DNA of 64,000 nucleotides. It comes from Klebsormidium nitens. Its lineage: Eukaryota; Plantae; Klebsormidiophyceae. Below, one piece after another: positions 40,409-49,600 of this stretch. Within the stretch, counting starts at the first letter, position 1, and each line of letters begins with the position of its first letter. The notes under the pieces are model-generated. The model worked only from the letters and a program-made list of their open reading frames with translations. It ran no database searches and was not told the origin of the DNA. A program made the translations under genes and the position numbers. The stretch lies in the NCBI GenBank assembly GCA_000708835.1, contig DF237055.1:62001-126000 (forward strand). The letters run 5' to 3'.

Positions 40409-40417
40409 AAACCCTAA
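40409..40417 (+). promoter_or_regulatory. Telo-box AAACCCTAA in the CCT5/TPK divergent promoter
   Basis: Exact plant telo-box upstream of a translation/folding housekeeping gene. Confidence 0.55.
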
Positions 40418-40975
40418 ATTTATCCCGTCATTTATTGCTTGGGATCCTCCAAGCCATAGCTTATGCTGATCAAGAACTGGGTTACAGTCTACGGTACTAT
40501 ACAAACCCGCACGATCTACCGGTGTGCATGCTGCTTGCAGCGTGCTCGTTCGCATCGGGCCCTCGATGGGTGCTTTTATCTCGGTTACGGTTACATCAAT
40601 TAGGTGCGAAAAATGGCCGTAAGAAATAGCGTATCCTAGCCGGTATTCCTGAGCGGGTTTGCAAGCATTTCGATACGCAGCTCAAGTTTCAACTCTCCAT
40701 GAGGTTCTGAGAGCGCCGCCATGTACGGTACTTCGAGTCCAATTTCAAGCAAGGGCCTCTTCACCGGCATGCAAGGGCTGTCTTATGCCAGGCTATGGCT
40801 CATGACATTCCTTCAACGCCGACGAAGTGTAAAGAGAGCTTCAAAAAGCAAGGAGGACGATAGCTAGCTAACTCTCTTGTCGAGGCTGGTGAGGGACGCG
40901 GAGTCAGAATTGCGGGCTACTGGAACGAGGTGAATTGGGAGGGCTGTCTTCAAAGGCAATTGGGCTTGTGACACA

Positions 40976-43900
40976 ATGGCCAAAAAAGTCAGCGCAAAGG
41001 CGGGCAAGCATGTGACTATAAACGTGGACCCACCTGATGACATAAGACGAAGCGGCGCCGGCCGAGATAGTCTCGCGAGCACAAAAGCCGCCCTGCGCCA
41101 GCCGCTTATCGCCCCAAAACCCCTCCGGCAGTCGAGCAGCTGTCAAATGCTCGGGGACGCTCTAGCGCAATATGTTCATTCCGACGAGGAAGACAAGGCG
41201 ACGGACTCTTCTAATTCTGATTTTGAATCCGATTTTCCTCATCCTAGTTCTAGAAAGAAATCCAATGGAGTAGACCCAGAAGCAAGCCAAAAGAGGCGCC
41301 TTCTCAGGGCCCGCACTGCGCCCATTCTAGCGAGGGGCACGTCGATCCACAAAGTGAAGCAGAAGAAAGTAACTAGAGCGAGGGTGATGATGCTGCAAGC
41401 GGCAGTGGCGTTGCTCGTGTATCTCTTTCTTGGGATGCTGACGTATGCGCTCCAGCGGGATGAGTTTCGGGGCGTTACGACCCACCCAGTGATTGACTCA
41501 ATGTACTTTTCAATGGTCACCATGACTACCACAGGTGGGTGTACATTATTTTTTCCCTTGGGCAGAGGAAGGAACTGAAACAAGGTGAAAGTTGTCTGAG
41601 GCCTGCGCTTGTGCTAAGTGATGACTAGCCACTGGCGAAATAAAAGAGAGAGGGGATGCCACCACCTCAGTTTGCTAAGTGAGGGTGAGGTGGCTCGCTG
41701 GGAGAGGGAGGGAGGTTATATGTAGGACCTGAATATGTAATGTTTAAGGTCTCGTTGTTTAGACATACAACAAAGCCTTCTAACGTGCTTTACAAGCCAC
41801 TATTGCATGGAGCTTGCTTGGGTGTGCCTAGAAGTGACGGTCACAACCTTCATGGTGTCGCCCAGTCCGTGTTGCATCTTTGAAACCCACGGGGGTGGTA
41901 TCCACAATCCTGTAATCCTGCCTGCAAGAAATTCCAGAAGGTGGAAATCTGCACATGCATTCCTTTAAGTCAAAAGGCCGAAATGTCGAATCTCAACCTT
42001 GTTTATTCCTTCCAGGCTATGGCGACCTTGTCCCCTTCACAAAGAAAGCCAAGCTCTTCGCGTCCCTCTTCGCCTTCGCCGGTCTCGTCCTATTTGGAGT
42101 CCTCATCTCCGGCGCCGGTCACTACCTCATAGACAAACAAGAACGGCTTTTACTAGAAGCGGCCCGTAGGCGCCTCGACAGGGGCAATGAGTTTTCTGGG
42201 GGGGAGTTTACACCTGCCGATCAGGCCCCCACGGGGGAGAACAAGTACTGGAAGCTTCTGCGTGCGGGGACGTATATTGGGGGGGCTTTGGCAACAGGGA
42301 TGATAGTGTTGATGAAAGTGGAGGGCATGGACTGGGTTGACGCACTTTACTGCGCGTGCGTGTCGGTGTCATCAATTGGGTAAGAGTTCCTTAAGTGAAA
42401 CGTTTTTCAGATGTTAGCAGTTGGAGCTTGGCACTTGCATACTCGAGAGCAACCTGCACTTCGAGGAAAAGTTGAGGTTTTTTTCCCACTTGCGGACAGC
42501 TTTCTTGTTGGTAAGTGTCCAATGTCCTCTGCTTGCAAACAGTGACTCAGGTGCCTGAGCAACCTGTGAGCCTTGTCAAACATAGCTGAACCTTTCACGA
42601 AGCTCGTGACCTTCGTTTCTGCTCCCGCTGGAGTTACTCCGGCAGCTCGTGTGGAGTTTTCAGATCAAGATTTACACGGTCGATGCTTGTGATGCAAAGC
42701 TTGCGACGTCCTCCGTTTAAAATCGATCAACATACACCTTCCAACCTCGTACTTTGCCCAGCATGTGTGCCGCTCTGGGACGCCAACCGGGCTTTCAAAG
42801 CTTTCCGGACAGTTTCTGATGCACATGCCGACACTCTGCAAATCGTTCTCCCCAAGCGACGAGACAACATGTGAACTTCGTGGTTATTGGGTGCGCCGAA
42901 GCTTTGCTTGAGTCGGCTGTTTTGATGTTGAAAGCAGTTGTCCATTTGTCCGTTCCTTTTGACATCCGCAAACGTGGAGCTTTCACTCGAGATTCGGACT
43001 GATCAAAACCGATACGAGTCCCTTGAGGACTACTTGCTTGGTTTCCCCTCGGTCCTTTGTCCGCGGGTCGGTGATCAGAGGCCTTCGGACGCCGTTGAAA
43101 TGTTCCTTCAGACGTCTCCGCTACTTCTCAAAATGTGGTCGGACACCCGTCACTTTTCGGACACCTTGTACCTTCGCTGAGGACTCCAGCGCTTTGTGCC
43201 GTTTCCACTTTTGCATGGGTGTCCGCAGCTGCGGCGATTAGAAGTTCTGGACGTCATTTGGGCGCTTCTTTGTTCGTTCTGGCTGCCGCTGAGAATCTTT
43301 CGGAACACGGTCTGACACTGCATTGCAATCTGTTGCATGGTGTCCGCAGGTACGGCGACCGGAGCTTTTGGACGTCGTTCGGACGCCTGTTTGCGACGTT
43401 TTGGTTGCTGCTGAGCGACTTTGGGTACGCGATTGGACACTTCGTCTCCAATTAATGGATTTACCTTGTTGTCAAGTCTTCCCTTCGGTGTCCACAGGTA
43501 CGGCGACCGGAGCTTTCGGACGCCGTTCGGACGCCTCTTTGCGACGTTCTGGCTGCTGCTGAGCGTTCTGACGGTGGCCAAGTCGATCACGCTGATCGCG
43601 GAGGCGCGTCTTGAGTCCCGCCAGAAAAAGTTCGTCAAGGAAGTGCTCTGCAAGGGGCTCACGAGCACCGACTTCCAGGCGGCCGACATTGACAACGACG
43701 GGACTGTTGGGTGAGCGAGATCCTGATTCGTAAACCCTGGAAGACTTCAATACAGGTTTACTGGGCCTTTATGAAGTTCTTCCAATTTCAGGGCTTCAAA
43801 AATCTGTTCGATTCAAGTGATTTTGGAAGCAGGAAGTTCGGCTCTCAAGCAGCGGAAGTCAAATGCTCGGATGATGTAGTGGACGAACCTGGATCGAAAA

Positions 43901-44453
43901 ATGATTTAGCCTCGGGGTTGGTCTGCGCTCATTGCTCAATTCTGCGTAACGATGGTGGGCTGATACTCTGGTACCCAAATGGGTCTGCGCCCCGGCATTT
44001 CACACCGTACGTTGCTGGAGTGCGGACCTTTGAGTTGCAATCGGTTGCTGACGCCCATGACGCTTGACCGCCGCACAGAGCAATTGCTTCTTGAATGCCA
44101 ACTCTCCGACTGGCTTCGCTCTTTTGTCTTATGTTCTGCCGTCGCCGACCGCTCGCCGGTACATGTTTTGTTTGCAGTCATATGTTCCTCCATCTGCTTC
44201 AAGTTTTGAGGTTCAATCTCTGGCGATACGGCAGTCGACATCCTTTCGTAGAAGGGCTTGGAGCCATCCACTAACCAAACTTTGACGTTGAATCCCTTGT
44301 GATTGCAGGCTGGCGGAGTTTGCAATTTTCAAGCTGCGGGAGATGGGCAAGATCGAACCCGACGACTTGAACCAGATCCGAGCGCAGTATCAGAAACTGG
44401 ACATAGACGACCGTGGGCGTTTGCACATACAGTCGTTGCCGGACTACTACTAA
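40976..44453 (+). CDS. TPK: Two-pore (tandem-pore) K+ channel, TPK family, with 14-3-3 site and two EF-hand-like loops; exons ~40976-41534, 42015-42379, 43498-43711, 44309-44453
   Basis: RLLRARTAP (14-3-3-type motif); pore 1 MTTTG|YGDLVP; pore 2 VSSIG|YGDRSF; EF-like DIDNDGTVG and DIDDRGRL; TAA at 44451-44453. Confidence 0.93.
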
Positions 44454-46275
44454 TTCACGAGTAGAGACTGTACAGAGCACAAGTTTTCCAAGGTAGATTC
44501 TTCTTGGGTTGCTTTTGGTAGAAGACCTCCGGCGATCTCCGTAGGTTTGACCAGATGTTGAGGAGTTGACAGAAAAAGTTCGCCTCGAGTGCATTGGGAG
44601 AACCATTGTTTCCCGAGGCATTTGAGTTCTGAAAAGACTCGCGTATTTATGACCAGGTTTGTAAATTTAGGTTAAAGGAAGGTCACCTAGGTGCAGGTTC
44701 TTGAGTTCTAATCCAAAAGAAGCCAGGTAAAACTTGTAGAGAGCACGAGACGCGCTTGTTGGCAATCAAGTCGATCTGTCAAGTGAACTGCCGTGGACCC
44801 TGAATCTGCTGATTTTGAAACGGGTATACCATATCGGCAGCACGGAAATTTTGTCGGGCAGCACGGAAATTTTGTCGTTGAGACGAAACCCGATCTGAAA
44901 CGCTTCCTTTAACCAACCAGAGTTCTGCTAGACGCAAATCTCTGACCGAGTTGGTGGCAGCAATCAGCGGCATTCAATTGAGACGGCCCAAGCACGTGTG
45001 ATGCGCGTGCAGACCTAGCTTTTCTTGGAAGTTGTCCGCGACTTGTCCGAACAGTGCCTCTGCATGTGGTAAACTTAACATGCTCCGGCGCCGTTGGCGG
45101 CCGCCGCCGTTCGATATGTTGCATGCACGAGAATTTGAATGCGAGAGCTAGCGACTCGGACAATTAACATTGAACACCGTCACACGTACATGACTCCATT
45201 GTTGAATCGGAATGATCCGGGCGGCACGGATCTGCGGTCGATCAGTTGCAGGTATATACGTGACTTGCCGGCCATGATTCATTATACTGCGATGGCGGGC
45301 CATGACTCATGATGCATGATATCGATCGACTCGATGCCGGCCAAAGCTAGTCTATGGTTTGACTGCAAAGTCCGACTACATTGCAAATCCTGTCGATCGA
45401 TCATGCATCAAACGAGAACGCGCGATGTTTGATGGTCTCTTTTCACACGCCGACGTAGCCAGTGCGGCCATGAGCTTCTCATGGCATACAATATTTGTGA
45501 TTGTTGTGTTGCCCATGCAACACATTTGATTGCAAACCGTACGCGTTTCAGACTGCTCGCGGCCGCCGCCGGCCTTCCTCATGCAAGTTATTGCTGCCTG
45601 CGGGTTTCTTGATCTTGACAACCGAATTGTGAATGTTGAACCGATTATATAGACTCAGCTAACATCGCTTCTGAAGTCAATTGTACATTTTGAGCTAGTA
45701 CGTACGATTCCAAAGCGGCCGCCTGCATGGTACTCACAAGATCGATTTGCATGGTTACGTACGGATACCTCATGCAATCATTTCATTAGTACACCAAATG
45801 ATCGACGACCGTCGTGTATCTAGAAAGGATATAATGGTAATATGACGAAAGTGTCAGCACGACAGAACTTTAAATCTAGCGGCCTGCGTCGCTCATCTTT
45901 GAATCGGCTCCAGATGCGTATGCAAGTGAGACAGGTTTACAAGCAAGCGTAAGCCGGGGGCGCCAATGCGGGGGCCCCTTGCGAAAGCGCCTCCACGAGA
46001 GCATGCTTGTCCCATTAAGTAGTTCCATGAAACACCCAACATGGCGGTGCACTGGATGATCATCCTCTTGTCTTAAGAGAAACGAGGCCGGGTATCCGGC
46101 TTCGGTTCACTCTAAGATAGGTTCCTTTCAGCGATCACGTTCAAGGACATTCGGTTGATTCCCTTATAACGAACAGAGTATAAGTACCGTCAGTATCCGA
46201 TCGGCGAGAGACCACCTTGAATGGACTGCTTCAAGCAGAGCTACTGCAAACGCGGGTCAGTTTTGTCTGGAGCTC

Positions 46276-46280
46276 AAAAA
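46276..46280 (-). terminator. Pol III oligo-T terminator (TTTTT) of the tRNA-like RNA gene
   Basis: The minus strand reads ...CAGCTCCA-CACGTGGCCC-TTTTT, so T5 begins after a 10-nt trailer following the discriminator. Confidence 0.75.
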
Positions 46281-46290
46281 GGGCCACGTG

Positions 46291-46627
46291 TGGAGCTGGC
46301 GGGAATCGAACCCGCGTCTCTCACTCGAAAGGCAACCCTGGTTGAGGTGCCGCGCAGCACGGTCGCAGGTCAGTTATCCGGTCGCCCTCCAAGCAGCGGA
46401 AGCCAGAGCGGATTCGAGGGACCGGAAAGGTCCCCCCCGGTGTGTCAGAAGTGCGCATCTTCCTAGCTCCCCGCGCTGGGTGGGGGTTTCCGGGTTAGTC
46501 CTGGGTTAACATCGGTTAGTGGTTAGTGGTTAGTAATAACTGCCTGCGACACTGCAACGGCCCTGCCTTTGAGTAAGCTCCCCGGCGAGGCCCCCGAGTT
46601 GGCACTCTGCCACTGAGTTACAGCCCC
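46291..46627 (-). ncRNA. 337-nt tRNA(Ala)-like / tmRNA-architecture Pol III RNA with no anticodon and a ~250-nt structured insertion
   Basis: Acceptor stem GGGGCTG/CAGCTCC with G3-U70 and discriminator A; D arm ACTC-AGTGGCA-GAGT; T arm GCGGG-TTCGATT-CCCGC. Long-range helices CTTACTC-AAAGGCAG/TTGCCTTT-C-GAGTGAG and GTCGCAGG-CAGTTAT/ATAACTG-A-CCTGCGAC. Flanked by TATA/USE-like elements upstream and T5 downstream. Confidence 0.85.
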
Positions 46628-46657
46628 GAAACAACCAGATTTGCTTACCGATACTAC

Positions 46658-46697
46658 TTATAAAAGGTCATAGAAAGGCGGAAGAAAGTTGTGGGTC
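46658..46697 (-). promoter_or_regulatory. Upstream Pol III promoter elements: TATA (TTTTATAA, 46665-46658) and USE-like GACCCACAAC (46697-46688)
   Basis: TATA lies ~31-38 nt upstream of G1. The USE-like motif (plant USE RTCCCACATCG) lies 22 nt further upstream, close to the plant Pol III spacing. Confidence 0.6.
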
Positions 46698-49600
46698 ACC
46701 CAAGATGCGATTCGACCCGTCGATCGAGCATGTAGCAATGGCATGCACGAAGGGAGCGGTAGATCAACCCACAAGCCGAGATGCGTGCGCGATAATCGAG
46801 CCGAGCTGCGAAAGAAGCTGCAGAATGTTCAAGCGGCTCGGCCCAAAATTGCGGTAGTTCTGCACTTTCTCTCCCTTTGACGGCACTCGTTTCGGATTCG
46901 GTTCTGGATGTCCCCGAAGACCCTACAACGTAAGGTTAGGTGCACTGGCGAAAGAGTTCAGTAAAACTTCCTTGCATTCTCGAAGCAGATCTCAGCACGT
47001 AGATCAAACCCAGCTTCTACGAACTGGGACTCCAGATAATTAAGGACCTCAGGAAGGATCTTCACCTGCTCTGTTGATTGGGGCAGGCGCGCAGATTTGG
47101 TTGCGATGTTGCAGCTGCCAATCAATTCTCAAAGTCCAGCATGCCAGTAGTGCAAGATTATGATGGTAATATGTTGGTTGCATCTTCTACTCTCATCGAA
47201 TCATCGAATCGGTCCACCCTAATTAGGGCATGCATTGATTCGAGACAATACCTAATGACCCGTCAAGTCGAGCGACAGGCCCCCTGACATCGAGATGACA
47301 GATGTAAATTAGACGAGGGCTGCCTAGCAAGTTGTATAAGTTAGCTTAGCAGTTTCAGAACTGGAGTTTAAAAGATGCATCGAGGGCGCATCAACTGACA
47401 AGTCGAATTTCGAATTTCGAATTTCGAGCTTAGAAATAGCTTCTGAGAAAAAGAGCTTATCATGATGCTTTCTTATATACAAACGGTAAATATATGCTCG
47501 AAGGTGATAGTAGCTCGATCCAGCAGTCTAGTGGTACTGAAGCATTGGCAGTCTTTGCTCAAGCGGCAACATGATCCACCAATCTCCGTAGAATGTCTCA
47601 GATGTCTCCGCCCTTGATCACCACGAAAAATTGAAAAAGTTCCATTCTACTTCTAAGAGTCATGGAAATCTGAAGGCCTGCTTTTGCTGGATTGAAGACG
47701 AAGAATGCTGACCAGCGATGCTTTAAGGAAGACGATTACCCACAGCAATCGAAGCTGAAGCGAGCGCAAGCCAAAGCATTTTGATCTCCATCCTAGTTGG
47801 CCGACGCTCGGCACCTTCAGCAATTCGCGAGCGCCGATCACGAGCAACCAGACCACGTCCCTTCTTGCAAAGCAAAATAGTTGAATGAAGGAAGTCTGAT
47901 TTCCCTCACCCAGACAGCGTCCTTTCGCTGAACCAAATAGGATGGCTTCAACGACGAGAGTCTCATGCAACCACATGGTTGCAGCTTTGTTCTTCGGAGC
48001 GCTTTGCTTGATCTTTGTAACGCAGAGCGTCGAGACCAACAGCAGAGGCTTCCGCATTTTCAATACCGGCTATACAAGAAGACTCCGGTTATCTGTGATC
48101 GATTACAGTAAGTAAGCTGAGTGCTTTTTAACCAAGAAGCAGCAACTATCTGTCAGAAACGATAATCAACCTAGAGCTTGGTCGACCTTCTGTTTCTTCC
48201 GCGTCATTGGCAGCTGTTATCCGCAGCTCTTTGTGCTGAACCTCAATTCACTACGGTGCCGAGTCAGAGGATTGTACGTTCTGGAGCAGCAATCAAAAAT
48301 TATCTGGCTTGTATGTCACAAATATCCGTGCATCTCACCTCACAGTAATCTAATGCAGATCCGAGCAACGTCGTTGACAATGGAACCGACATCTCAATCA
48401 AAATGGTAGGCGAATACCTCTTACTCTGCCGGTTGTCATCAAACTGATCCATTCAGCTCCGATAAGTGGCAAATGCCTACGACCTCAATGGTGCAGCTGG
48501 CTTTTGATCCCTTGAACTTGAATGAGATGGCACTGGATTCGAGAGGTTGTTTGAAAGAATTTCCCGCAATATCTCAAATCTACTGTTTCCTGCATTGCAG
48601 GATGTTGGGGGCTATGCAGCTCGCATCCACACACCAGTAAGGCGAAGGTACGGCGCGTACAGCGCCTGGCTCAAATGTCCAGGAGGTGAGGCGGTAGCAT
48701 CCGGTTGCATCGCGGAAGCAAGTATCGCTGTCACGAGACAGACAAGTAATAGTATGAAATTGTGCCGAAATTCTTTCGAAGCGTTGAAGCTGATTGTTCT
48801 AGTAATCTGCATGTAAGGAGCAGGGGTCAAGAAACGCGGCTTGACAATTTCAGACTTTGAACGTTTGTTCACCAATTGCAGGAGATACAGATGGAATAAT
48901 CTCGTGTATCTACACAAGCTCGCTGGAGGGTAGCGTTGACCAAGACGAGGCAAAGCCCCATACATCCTTACAAAATTAATTGCCACTTCGTCTGCATTAA
49001 TTGAACTGCTTTTTGGATTGACCATCAGCGCCATATTCAATGCGATTCAGAAACATGCGAAATCCTAAGGACGGACGCTATCACGGCTCGAGATTCACCG
49101 CTAGCTCTGCGCATTGGTCTTGAGCAAGCAGTGATACTGATATGATCTTACTGATCTGTGCATGCGCAACGTCCCCGATGCAATAAAGCCACGCTAGAGA
49201 AGCACACGAGTGTACGCTTGATTTGCTTCATCATCCCACTCTTCTTTCCTCGTCGCACTTCCTCAACTTCTGAGTCTGAGATGCCTTTGCAAACTGACTG
49301 TCTTCCTACTTGCAGATTGACTTTGAATTTAGGGGAATGGACAAAACCAATGTCCAAACAAACTACTTTGCCGATGGTAAGAGCCATCTTGTCAATTTTC
49401 ACTCTCTCCCGATCAGAAGACGCTCTTCGAGAAGTCTACAGCAGGTGCAGGATCCTCATTTCACATTCTCGTAACCCGATGTTCACATCTCTCGGTTTTG
49501 AATATGACTGTGATTGCTGGGACACGATCATCAGCTGATGTTACAGGATTCCTGGCTTGTTCAAAGAATTGAAATCCTTCACAATGTGGCACGCAGGTCA

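Noticed and set aside
44835-44878. 22-bp tandem duplication gcagcacggaaattttgtcg
   Set aside because: A simple local duplication in intergenic DNA with no further structure.
45965-45995. U6 snRNA-like GGCCCCTTGCG
   Set aside because: No ACAGAG box or other U6 sequence surrounds it.
46291-46320. Bacterial ssrA end or prophage att site, i.e. contamination
   Set aside because: It sits between intron-rich algal genes, has a D stem/A box, TATA and T5 terminator, lacks encoded CCA, and I found no Ala-rich tag ORF or integrase nearby.
46494-46535. Telomerase RNA as the main interpretation
   Set aside because: Three full repeats exceed the usual ~1.5-repeat template, the product would be TTAGTGG while telo-boxes here suggest a TTTAGGG-type repeat, and I saw no clear pseudoknot. 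Kept only as a testable alternative.
46291-46627. Ordinary tRNA-Ala gene with a long intron
   Set aside because: Removing a canonical 37/38 intron would leave C32-A33 and an AAG triplet, not U33 plus NGC, and the extra 26 nt after the D arm would remain.
47401-47428. (CGAATTT)3 as a heat-shock element
   Set aside because: GAA and TTC are separated by 1 nt rather than the 2 nt of nGAAnnTTCn, and no gene start is nearby.
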